A stretch of DNA of 64,000 nucleotides from Hypanus sabinus (taxonomy: Eukaryota), in the NCBI RefSeq assembly GCF_030144855.1, contig NC_082717.1, forward strand, positions 4,960,001-5,024,000, in the 5' to 3' direction. Position numbers and translations under genes: made by a program. Each line of letters starts with the position of its first letter. Position 1 is the stretch's first letter. Below the pieces are notes generated by a model. It ran no database searches. It had not been told where the DNA came from and worked only from the letters and a program-made list of their open reading frames with translations. Shown one piece after another: positions 22,472 through 35,100 of the stretch.

Positions 22472-25400
22472 GTAAGTAACAGTGTGTTTCTGTGGGTGTG
22501 TACCTGTGTGTTTCTGTGGGAATGTACCTGTGTGTTTCTGTGGGAATATACTTGTGTGTTTCTGTGGGAATGTATCTGTGTGTTTCTGTGGGTGTGTACC
22601 TGTGTGTTTCTGTGGGAATGTACCTGTGTGTTTCTGTGGGTGTGTACCTGTGTGTTTCTGTGGGTAAGTAACAGTGTGTTTCTGTGGGTGTGTACCTGTG
22701 TGTTTCTGTGGGAATGTATCCGTGTGTTTCTGTGGGTGTGTACCTGTGTGTTTCTGTGGGTACGTACCTGTGTGTTTCTGTGGGAATGTACCTGTGTGTT
22801 TCTGTGGGAATATACTTGTGTGTTTCTGTGGGAATGTATCTGTGTGTTTCTGTGGGTGTGTACCTGTGTGTTTCTGTGGGAATGTATCCGTGTGTTTCTG
22901 TGGGTGTGTACCTGTGTGTTTCTGTGGGTGTGTACCTGTGTGTTTCTGTGGGAATGTATCTGTGTGTTTCTGTGGGTGTGTACCTGTGTGTTTCTGTGAG
23001 TACATACCTGTATATTTCTGTGGGAATGTACCTGTGTGTTTCTGTGGGTGTGTACCTGTGTGTTTCTGTGGGTGTGACAATAGACAATAGGTGCAGAAGT
23101 AGACCATTCGGCCCCTCGAGTCTGCACCGCCACTCTGAGATCATGGCTGATCATTCACTATCAATACCCAGTCCCTGCCTTGTCCCCATATCCCTTGATT
23201 CCCCTATCCATCAGATATCTATCTAGCTCCTTCTTGAAAGCATCCAGAGAATTGGCCTCCACCATCTTCCGAGGCAGTGCATTCCACACCTCCACAACTT
23301 TCTGGGAGAAGAAGCTCTTCCTCAACTCTGTTTTAAATAACTGACCTCTTATTCTCAATCCAATGTGTGCCTTTGTGTTTCTGTGGTTTGTACCTGTCTG
23401 TTTCTGTGGGTGTGTACCGTTGTGTTACTGTGGGTACGTACCCATGTGTTTCTGTGGGTACATACGTGTGTTTCTGTGGGTGTGTACCTGTGTGTTTCTG
23501 TGGGTATGTACCTGTGTGTTTCTGCGGGTACATACGTGTGTTTCTGTGGGTGTGTACCTGTGTGTTACTGTAGGTACGTACCCATGTGTTTCTGTGGGTA
23601 CATACTTGTGTGTTTCTGTGGGTATGTACCTGTGTGCATGTGTGGCTTTGGAATATCTGTCACAGAATCTGAGATGGTTTGAGGTGTGGTAGGTGTCTGC
23701 ATTCTGTGTGAATCCTGTAATTGAAACGTTCTGTATGGAACAAAAGTGTTTCTGGAATATCTGCTTAGTGATGACATTGTTGGGGTGTGTCCATCCTCAC
23801 TGGAGTGACCTTCCTCTTCTATTTTTCCAGTATCCACCCCTCTAAGTTCACTGGACAATCTTCTCAAAACAGATACTCTTGCTCATATTGCACAGGTTCT
23901 AGTCCTGAACTGAAGCAGGGCCAATTGAGGGGAGTTAGGTAGGGTCAAGCAGGGATCCGAATCGGAAACAAATATCACTGACATACTTCATGAAATTTGT
24001 TTCTCTGTGATAGCAGTACAGTGAAATGTAGAAAAATTACTGTACTTTGTTACAAAATAATATTGTATAACGTGGAAGAGGAATAATGAGTTTGTGTTCA
24101 TGCATTGATAGACTGTTCAAAAATCTGATAGCAGAGGGAAAGAAGCTATTTCTGAAATGTTGAACGTGGGTCTTCAGGTTCTTGTACCTCCTCCCTGATG
24201 GTAGTAATGAGAAGAGGGTGATAGAAAGATAGGTGGAGGGACAGGCAGTGCTGGGAAACAAGGAGTCTGCAGAAAGACTTGGTCAGATTGGGAGAATGGA
24301 CAAGCAAGTGGCAGATGGAAAAGAGTGTGGGGAAGTGTGTGGTTATCACATTTCTGTAAAAAGAACAAAAGAGGAACAAATTCAGAATTCAGAGTTGCAA
24401 AGGGACTTCCGAATCCCACTGCGTATTTCCTAAAGGTTAAGTTGCAGGCTGGGTCAGTGGTGAAGAAAGCAAATGCAATATTTGATCAGATTTTGTGTAT
24501 TTATGTTTGTGTTTCTTGTGAATTCTGTTTATCTGATGCTCTGTACCTGTTATGCTGCTATAAGTAATTTGTCATTGCCCCTATGTACACATGGACTGCG
24601 TGTCTGATGATAAATTTGATGCTAATTTCAAAAATTGGTGGTTCTGTGCTGGGTATACCGACCAAAATTAGCCGAGTGTTAGACAACTCTATCGGGCACC
24701 AGGCTCAGGGACTTTTCCAGATCGGTTGAATTCACCGCTTGTGTGGTGGGATGGACTGTTGTCCTCACTATGACCATGCATTTTGTTACCTGCCTGCACT
24801 GTCCGTTCTCTGTCACTCTGACACTGTGTTCTCCATTCTGTCATTGCTTTTCCCTCACACTACCTCGAGGTTCTGATGTGGTGCAATGATCTGTATGGGT
24901 GGTGTACAAAACATGGATTTTCACTCCACCTTGTCATGTGACAATAGGGAATTGTGAATGAGAAGTCTGGCAACTTTGGAAAGATGCTGTGTCCACAATA
25001 TCCTCCAAATTCATTCAAAGGAGAGGCAAGTTCCTCTTGTGGAGTAACACCTACACTCCCAGACAACTGGAAAACCAATGTCGGGCTGCTGTTTATTTAT
25101 TACAGCTCAGTGTTCAACACCATCAATTTCCAAAACCTGGGTCTCTGTACCTCTGTCTGCAACTGTGTCTTTGACATCTTCACCAGGAGACCGCAGTCAA
25201 TGCGGATCAGAAACAACATCTCCTCCTCGCCGGGAATCCACACTGGTGCATGTCATGTCACTGAGTTTAGATATGGCCCAACTGCAGAGAGAGAGAGACA
25301 CTGAAGTGGGTCGATAGTTCACAGACTTTAATGTGAATCTGAGTTTTAGGGGAAAAAAAATAAACGCCTGAGCAAACAGGGCTGTTAACTGACACACTCA

Positions 25401-26028
25401 AACAAACACAAGATGTCAACACAGAAGCTGAATGGAAAATCGAAATGTAAATGGAGTACTGCTAGTCTCCAGCGTCAGTCGACTTGATTGTCCACTTTCT
25501 CAGGCAAGGTCAAATACAAGCAGACAGCAACATGTTGCTGTGCTTTGCTCAAGTCTTGACAAGTGAAGGAAGTTACATATCGCGATAATGAAACAGTAAT
25601 TAGCTGACATGTGTATGTTTCCAAATGGAATTTCTGAATTTTCTGCACAGCCCACCTGTGGACCCTGAAGCAGAGTATGTGGTTGTAACATTTCAATGAT
25701 GCATGTTTTGCAAACTGTCCTACTCTGTCTACACCCATGAATATACGGCTATTCACAGCTTAAATGCCATCTCTAAATTTGCTGATGCCACAACAATTGT
25801 TGGCAGAGTCTCAGATGGTGACAAAGTGATGTACAGAAACAGGATAGATCAGCTGGTTGTGTAGTTTTGTAACAACAACTGAATGTCAATGAGACAATAG
25901 AATTAATTGTGAATTTCAGGAAGGAGATGTTGAGGAAACACCTACTGTCCTCTTTGAGAGATTGGCAGTTAAGTAGGAATAGGGTACTGGGATGGCTAAA
26001 GAATGAAGGGTAAGGTGTAGATTAATAA

Positions 26029-26094
<66 letters not shown>

Positions 26095-26138
26095 AAGTGT
26101 AGATTAATATGTGTGTGTGTGTTTAAGTGTAGATTAAT

Positions 26139-26187
<49 letters not shown>

Positions 26188-29100
26188 GGTGAAGGGATTT
26201 AGAATTTAGGTCTATCCTCTGATCCAAACTCCAGAACGGAAGGTGGCAGTAATGCACCATTAAAGTGGGTGTGAACTGCAGTAAAACAAAAAAAGAAGAA
26301 GAAGAGAGAAGAGAGAATGGCAGTTGAAAAGGTGAACAGCTTCAAGTTTCTGGTTCTCAGTATCTCTGAGAATCTATCTTGGGAGCAATATATTTATTGA
26401 ACAGCAGAGCAGCATGAGGGGCTGAATGGCCTCCAGCTGCTTCTTTTCTCATGCTCTCCTGTATCTGTAGCACAGAGAGGGACCTGGGCAGAAAATCAGT
26501 TTACTGGAGGCTGTGTACAGGACACACGGTGCAGTGAGAGGTTTGCCTGAAAATAAATAAAAACAAAATGCTGGCAGAACTCAGCAGGCCAGACAGCATC
26601 TATGGGAGGAGGTAGTGACAATGTTTCGGGCCAAAGCCCTCCTTTGCCTGAACATTGCTGTCTCAGGGTTTAACCCATCACACCAGGTGGGGACAGATCT
26701 CCCAGCCTCTTTGTCCAACACCTGCTTCCTACAGGACTGTGTGACCATGCCCTGCCTAAATGCTACACATCTACACTACTCACTCCATTTTCCCTCACCT
26801 CCTTTCACAGACACAAACCAGCCCTCAGTCCAACCTTCTGCTCAGACGTAATTCTGCCTTCATTTCAAAGCAATCTCATCAGAGACTCTCAGATGAGCAC
26901 TCCACTCTTCAAGAACGGAGAGAGGCAGAAGAAATGAAACTATAGGCCATTTTGTCTGATCTCAGTGGTTGGGAAGATGTTGGAGTCGATTATTAAGGAT
27001 GAGGTCTCGGGGTACTGGGAGGCACATTATAAAATAGGCTGCGGTCAGCATGGTTTCCATAAGGGAAAATCTTGCCTGAAAAATCTGGAATTTCTTTGAA
27101 AAAATAACAAGCAGGATAGACAGAGAAGAACCAGTGATGTTGTGTACTTGGATTTTCAGTTTTTGACAAGATTGCTAAAGAATGATAAGAGCCCAGGTAT
27201 TACAGAAAAGATTTTAGCATAGTTGGAACATTGGCTGATTGGGAGAAGGTAAAGAGTGGGAATAAAGGGATCTTTTTTGGAGTGTTTGCTAGTGACTAGT
27301 GGTGTTCTACAGGTTTTTTCTTAATTTGTATGTCAGTGATTTGGAATGTGAAAGTTGATGGCTCTTTGGGCAGCTTTGTGGACAGTACAAAGATACAAAG
27401 ATAGTGAGATTAAGAGTTTGGCACGGGCTAGGAGTGCCGAGATGGCCTGTTTCCGTGCTGTGATTGTTATATGGTTATAGGTGGATGAGCAGGTAGTGTT
27501 GAGGAAGCGGGAGACAACAGACGTTCAGTATAAAGGTGAGTGTGTGGAACAAGCTGTCAGAGGAAGTGGTTGAGGGGGTACAGTTACAACATTTAAAACA
27601 CATGAGAACAAGAACGTGGACAGTAAGCTTTAGAGGGATTATGGACCCAACTCAGGGAAATAGGACCAGTTGAGATAAATATCTGGTGAGCACAGAAATA
27701 TTGAGCAGAACGGCCCATTTCTGTGTTGTACAAGTCCATGATTCTGTCACCCTCAGCCCCGTTTGTTCTTCAGGCCTGTCTCCAACCCACGATTCTGCCC
27801 ATCAGAGCATCGGTGCCAACTGGTCACCACCTGTGGCCAGTCCCACTCTGCCTTGGACCGGTTTGGTACTGACGTGATATCCCCTGGGTCCGGCTCTTTT
27901 CTGACCTTCAGTTGTTTACTGCCCACAGGTGTAAATGCAGGGACAGTCCTGATCCAATCACCAGGAGTTGTGAAGGTGCGTGAAGGTGGAACGGTGCTGA
28001 TACAGTGTGTCCTGGAGAGTGACAATGTGGATTACACTGTGAATATATTCAATATACACTGGTACAACTCACGCAATAATCTGACAGATAAAGGAATCGT
28101 CCTTAGTCTTTACAGTTCTGGCCGAGTTTACAGGTCAGATGGCTTCTCCAATCGATTTCAGCTTTCCAGGAATGTCACCAGTAACAGCTACTCACTGACC
28201 ATCAGCAACATGAGGATCACCGACTCTAAACTTTACATCTGTGGCATTTGGGGCTCGGTCTTTGGAAATGGAACCCAGCTGAATGTGACCAGTGAGTACT
28301 TCATGTTGGTTCTGTTTTCCAGTCACGTCCCTGTATCAATGAGTAACGATGATACTGTACGTTCAGTTTCACAGAAACAGCTGTTATTACAAGTTTATAA
28401 AGAATGGTTAAACTGAATGCGGATAAAGATTCACTGCCTGCCGAGCTGGGGGGTACGTAGGGATGGAGAATAAGTATCAGCATGGACAGTGAAAATAATC
28501 CACCATCTGGTTTACCAGGTGACGTTTGTCACCTTCCCCATCCACTCACCCAGATCTCTGGCTCCTGAACTCCCTTTCAGTTTCCCCCACACCCTGACAA
28601 TCTGACCAGATTAATGACATTGAAACATCTTTTATGTTTATTTAAACACCTTTCTTTGAAATGTGATTTAAAAGCGAGTTTGAGCATGAAGAGAGTAAAA
28701 TGAGAGAGGTATGGAGGGCAGGTAGATGGGACGAGGCAGGAAACCAGAGCTAGATGGACCGAAGGGCCTGTTCCTGTGCTGTAATGGTCAATGACTCTGT
28801 GACTCTGGAAGATCTGACACTCCCAAGACCAGGAGATCCCTGACTGTGCTGAATTATTTGAGTTTTCACACACAGATTCAAACCTCTTTCTGCAACTTCA
28901 AATGAACTGTTTTGACTTGACGGGATGAATGGCCTAATTCTGCACTTGTGTCTTATGTTCTTACGGTTTTTTGCAACGTAATATCTCAACTTGTACACTC
29001 AAATTTCAAAGAAAATTTATTATCCAAGCACATATATGTCACCATATACAACCCTGACATTAATTTTCTTGCAGGCATTCACAGAACAACAAAAAAATAC

Positions 29101-32100
29101 ATTCAAATCAGTGAAAAACTACAGACAAACCGACTCAAGAAACACTTATTAACCAATAAATAAATACAGTGGATTCCGGTGAATTGGGACTTCAGATAAT
29201 TGGGGCAACCACTTACTTGGGACAACTCTTGAAGAACAAAATCTAATTGTGAAAGTGGCCAGAATTCCCTTCATTTATTTGAACAGTGTGCCCCTTCATG
29301 GGACGGGAGACCGTTGCCGAACAGTTTCTAAACCGTGTCAGTCGTGTGTACTTGTGTGGCTGGTAGACACTGTGCAATGCTTCAAGAGAATCGTTTAAGA
29401 GAGTATCAGTTTTTTGCGTTCAGAAAGCAGTGACTTTTGTTACTGATAGTTAGTGAGAGATAAGCAGTAGGACCAGTCAGATTGGAGATGCCAGAAACGG
29501 CCAGGAGTGAAAATGAAATGATTTCATGACTTCATCAATTTGGGAAATATGAAGAATATTAAGAAAACATAAGAATATATTCTGTTACAATGAAATGAAC
29601 ATTTCTGAGAATGTCTCCACCCTTACTTCACCATTTCCCATCCCCTTGTCCCTCTCACATCTTATCACCTTGCCCACCCATCGCCTCTCTCTGGTGCTCC
29701 TCTGCTCCCCTTCTTCTTTCTTCCATGGCCTTCTGTCTCCTTCACCAATCAACCAACTTCCCAGTTCTTTGCTTCATCCCTCCCCCTCCAAGTTTCACCC
29801 GTCGCCTGGCATTTCTCTCTCCCCTCCCCCCCCCCCCCCCACACGTTTCAAATCTACTCCTCTGCTTTTTTCGCCAGTCCTGCCAAAAGGTTTCAGCCTG
29901 AAACTGTGTGTTTTTCCATAGATGTTGCCTGGCCTGCTGAGCTCCTCTGGTATTTTGTGTGTGTGGCTCGGAGTTCCAGCATCTGCAGATTTTCTCTTGT
30001 TTGTGATTTGGAGAATGAAATGGTTAAAATCATTGTATGAAGGTAGCCAAATAACTGTAGGAGGTGTCTGTGCTGATTTTGTTCATTTACAGTCAATGAA
30101 AAGAATATGGAAGTGTAGACTGAGTGTATTGCTCTGTCGATAACTATCAGGGACTAATACACAGTTCTATTGTACTCTAGTAGTGTCGGAAGGCTTATAA
30201 TTTGTTCTGTATTTCATTTAAATACACAATTTGTCACTTAGTTAAGCAATGTGTTTTCTCTTCTATACAGTTTTAACCATTTCCTTCAAACTTCAGCTAA
30301 TGAGGCAGGCACTGAATTGAGACAAAATGTACTGATCCCAATGTGATCTAATTAACTGGAATCCACTGTAAATAAATATCACTGTGTACAGGAGTTGTAT
30401 AGTTCTTGGAAGTGATCCATAGTCTGTGCAATTAGTTCAGTGTTGAGGTGAGTGAAGTTCTAACTTTAAGTATTTCTATAATTTTATAAATATTATCAGT
30501 TTTGCAGAGTTGTGTTTTGAATGTTAATAGTTTCCAACAATTCCTCACTGTCGGTGCTTTCAGAAGTGCAAAGAGACCTTTCAGCTTTGACAAGGGTAAG
30601 GTGGAGACTTGGCTCCTACCCTCGACTGTCAGAGGAATTCTGTAGACAGGGCTTGTTCTTTCCACCTCTGTCTCTCTGCAACGCTGTTCAAGACCACTTT
30701 CCCCACACAGCAACTCCATCCAACAACCCCTTAAGCTGAGTTTAAATTGACGATATTCTCCCTTACAGGTGCAGACGTTCCTGTTCTTATCCAGTCCCCG
30801 AGCATACAGCGTGTCACTGAGGGTCACACGGCGTGGTTATGGTGTACCATGAGCAAAGCCAGGCTGGAAGACACTGACGTCCACTGGTATCGGAAACTAC
30901 CTGGGCAGGACATGGAGTGGGTTTTAACACACAGGACAGGAGGCAGCCCAGAGTGGGGACGGGGTTTCACTGGGAGGTTCCTGCCCTACAGAGACACGTC
31001 CAACAGCAGCTTCACCCTGACAGTCACAGACATGGTGCACAGTGATTCTGCCATCTATTACTGCAGAGTATGGGGAGACATCAATGGGAAAGGCACCCAG
31101 CTCATCGTAACCAGTGAGTACAAGTTCTATTTACTCAGCAGTGTGTCCCTGCATTGGGAGTTATTCTACCACCGGTCACTTCCGGTGGCTGGGCACATTG
31201 ATATAGTAAGCACAATGTTGTGTGAGGAAAGTCACGTCTCATCAACTTGATTGAGTTTTCTGAGGAGATGATGATGATAATGGAGGTTTGGGAAGTGGAT
31301 GTTGTCTTCATTAATGTTAGTAAATCTTACAATCATGTGACATGGTAGTGTAGTGGTTAGCATAATGATTTTACAGTGATTGAGGTTCAATTCCCACAAA
31401 ATGCTGGAGGAACTCAGCAGGCCAGGCAGGATCTATGGAAATGAGCACAATCCAGAGAACAAGGAATGGGAAGAGAGGGTGATTGTCCTGCTGGAAGACT
31501 GTCAGTAGTGACTGGGATTAGGGCTGGGCCCCAACTCTGACAATCTGTATCAATGAGGGGACCAAGTGTATCCAAGCCTGTCGGGGATGCAGAGGTGGTG
31601 GCAATGTGATTGGTCAGGAGGGTGCAGAGACGTTCGGGGATGTAGACACACGGAGTGAATGTGCAAGGTGAAGACAGTTGGAATATCATGTGGACAAATG
31701 TGAGATCATTCTCTTGGGAGGAACAATAGAAACAGAGTAATTTCTGAATTGAAACAAGCTGAGGGACGTTCATGTCCTGGGGAATCTGGGTGGCCTTGTA
31801 CACAAAGATCAAACCCAGCAAGCAGGTACAACTGGAGATTCGGAAATGAACCCCTTGTCCATTATTGTGGGACAGATTTGAGTACAAGGGTAATGATGTC
31901 TTGATGGAATTCAGGTCTCCAGTGAGACGGCAACGAGGAACAGGATGTCTCTGAGGGTTGTGCTTTATTCAGTCACCCACTGGGTCAGTTGGTGCAGCAG
32001 CTGGAACAACATCATTCCTTCAGGGATTGGGTAAATGCTTGTAAAGAACTTTTCACAGGACTCTGGGGAATGAGGGGACTGGGATCAGTGAGCACCTTTT

Positions 32101-35100
32101 TCAAAGAGCTGGCACAGGAGGATGGGCCGAATGGATTCTTTCTACACTGACAGTGAGCTTCCCAGATGTTTACCCACTGATGTGATTTCCTTTCTGTTCC
32201 TCAAACAGAGATGTCCCGAGCCCCATCGTACCTGGCCTGGATCATTGTGGCTGTCGTGCTGGGAGTTCTCGCTGTCACTGGAGGCATTTTCCTCATCAGA
32301 CGCAGAGCGTTTAGAAACCACCCGTCCCGTACGTGTGACTAAATGGTTCATTCTGATCCGATTGTTGTGTGGAGTTATTAAAATGTAACGGTCGGGGACT
32401 GATTGTGAAAGAGCCCGTCGTTGTGTTGTGACACAATGTGGGACTCACAGCTCTGAGACGGATGTTAACGATACTTTATACTCTATTTCACAGACCCACC
32501 CACAGCAACTGATCACCGGAGCCCAGGGGCAGATTATGAAAATGTTTCCATGACCAGGGGTGTCCCGGTGAGTTCTGGTACTTTTCTCAGAGAAGTAGGA
32601 TTGTGTGGGGATCGCACTGGTATGTTCATGGCTTCTTCCATCAGGGATATTCCCCAGTGAGATTGTGGTTCAGTGAATATTTTTGCAATGTCTGAATGAT
32701 TTGCAACTGTATGTGGTGTAACTGTTCCTGGATATTGACCACAGACTGTACAGCTCTACAGCACAGGAACAGGCCCTTCTGCCCATCATGGCTGTGTCAA
32801 CCAGAATACCACATGAAACTAATCCCAAGCAACACACATGAAATGCTGGAGAAACTCTGCAGGTCAGACAGTATCTGTGGAAAGGTCGGAGCTTCAGGCC
32901 GAGGCCTTTCATCCTTGAATGTGGGTAGAATCCAGTACGAGAATTCAGAGAAAGTGAGGAGTTGATAGAGAGGAGTTACAGGCAGATGGTCACACCAGGG
33001 CCACGGGAGGCAGACAAGTGGGTCACGGTTCGGAGAAGGAAGGGGAAGAGTCAGGTACTAGAAAATACCTCAGCGGCTGTACCCCTTGACAATAAGTACT
33101 CCTGTTTGAGTACTGTTGGGAGGGACAGCCTACCTGGGGCAAGCGACAGTGGCCGTGCCTCTGGCACAGAGTCTGGCCCTGTGGCTCAGAAGGGTAGGAA
33201 GAGGAAGAGGAAGGCAGTAGTAATAGGAGACTCGATAGGTACGGGGTCAGATAGGCGATTCTGTGGACGCAGTCAGGAGACCCGGATGGCAGTTTGCCTC
33301 CCTGGTGCCAGGGTCTGGGACGTTTCTCATCATGTCCAAGATATCCTGTAGTGGGAGGGTGAGGAGCCACAGGTCATGGTACATATAGGTACCAATGACA
33401 TAGGTAGGAAAAGGGAAGACGTCCCAAAAGGAGAATTTAGGGAGTTAGGAAGGGAGTTGAGAAGAAGGACCGCAAAGGTAGTAATCTCGGGATTACTGCC
33501 TGTGCCACACGACAGTGAGAGTAGGATTGGAATGGGGTGGAGGATAAATGCATGACTGAGGGATTGGAGCAAGGGGCAGGGATTAAAGATTCTGATCATT
33601 GGGACCACTTCTGGAGCAGGTGTGACCTGTACAAAAAGGATGGATTGCACTTGGATCCAAGGGGGACCAATATCCTGGCAGGGAGATTTGCTAAGGCTAC
33701 TGGGGAGAGTTTAAACTAGAGTGGTTGGGGGTGGGAATCAGATTGGAAAGTTAGTTCACAAATAGAGAAAGCTTGTAGACAGTGTGAGAGGGAGGATAGG
33801 CAGGTGGTAGAGAAGGGTTGCGCTCAGAGTGAAGATGCAGGGGAAGAAGGAAGAAAAAGAAGATAGTAAAGTTGTTTGCACTGTTAGGGATAAACAGAGA
33901 GTAAGAGGTGGAGAATTTCTTAAATGCATTTATTTTAATGGTTGGAGCATTGTAAGAAATGTGGATGAGCTTAGAGCATCAATTGCTAGCTGGAAATATG
34001 ATGTTGTAGCTATTAGCAAAACATGTTTACAGGAGGTGTGTGATGGGAAAATAAATATTCCAGGATTTTGTTGCTTCAGGTGTGATAGAATCAGAGGGGC
34101 AAGAGGGGAAGGTGTTGCATTGCTTATCAGAGAAAATATTACAGCAGTACTTTGGCAGGAGAGATTAGAGGGCTCATCTATGGAGAGTATTTGGGTGGAA
34201 TTGAGGAATGGGAAAGGTGTAGTAGCACTTATAGGGGTGTATTATAGACCACCTAATGGGGAGCAAGAATTGGAGGAGCAAATTTGCAAGGAGATTGCAG
34301 ATATTTGTAGTAAGCACAAGGTTGTGATTGTGGGAGATTTTAATTTTCACCACATAGACTAGGAAGCCCACTCTGTAAAAGGGCTGGATGGTTTAGAGTT
34401 TGTGAAATGTGTGCAGGATAGTTTTTTGCAGTAATATGTAGACATACCAACTGGAGAAGGGGCAGTGTTGGATCTCCTGTTAGGGAATGATAGGTCAGGT
34501 GACAGGCATATGTGTTGGGGAGCACTTTGGGTCCAGTGATCACAATATCATTACTTTCAATATAAATTATGAAGGATAGGTCTGGATCCAGGGTTGAGAT
34601 TTTTGATTGGAGAAAGGCTAACTTTGAGGAAATGTGAAAAGATTTAGAAGGAGTGGATTGGGACAATTTGTTTTATGCAATTGGTGTAACAGAGAAACGG
34701 AGGTCATTCGAAGCTGAAATTTTGAGGGTACAGAATCTTTATGTTCCTGTTTGGTTGAAAGGAAAGGATAAAAGTTTGAGAGAGCCATGGTTTTCAAGGG
34801 ATATTGGAAACTTGGTTTGGAAAAAAGAGGGAGCTCTACAATAGATATAGTAAATGAGTAAATGAGGTGCTCAAGTAATATAATGAAAGTAAAAAGAATC
34901 TTAAGAAAGAAATTTGAAAAGCTAAAAGAAGATATGAGGTTGCTTTGGCAAGTAAGGTGAAAATAAATCCGAAGGGTTTCTACAGTTACATTAATAGAAA
35001 AAGGATAGTGAGGGATAAAATTGGTCCCTTAGAGAATCAGAGTGGACAGCTATGTGCCGAGCCAAAAGAGATAGGGGAGATTTTGAACAATTTCTTTTCA

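Noticed and set aside
21551-23692. Long ORFs on both strands (TETHRYTP, VYLCVSVG, CVPVCFCG repeats)
   Set aside because: Translations of a stop-poor 24-bp minisatellite; only the 52-nt leader exon is supported.
27763-27928. N-terminal extension of the V1 ORF as an unspliced leader
   Set aside because: No ATG, not hydrophobic, and a good acceptor at 27928 matches the phase-1 leader at 22420-22471.
31114-32208. Possible constant (C1/C2) domain exon between V2 and TM
   Set aside because: Only repeat remnants; no Cys/Trp Ig pattern with splice sites in any frame.
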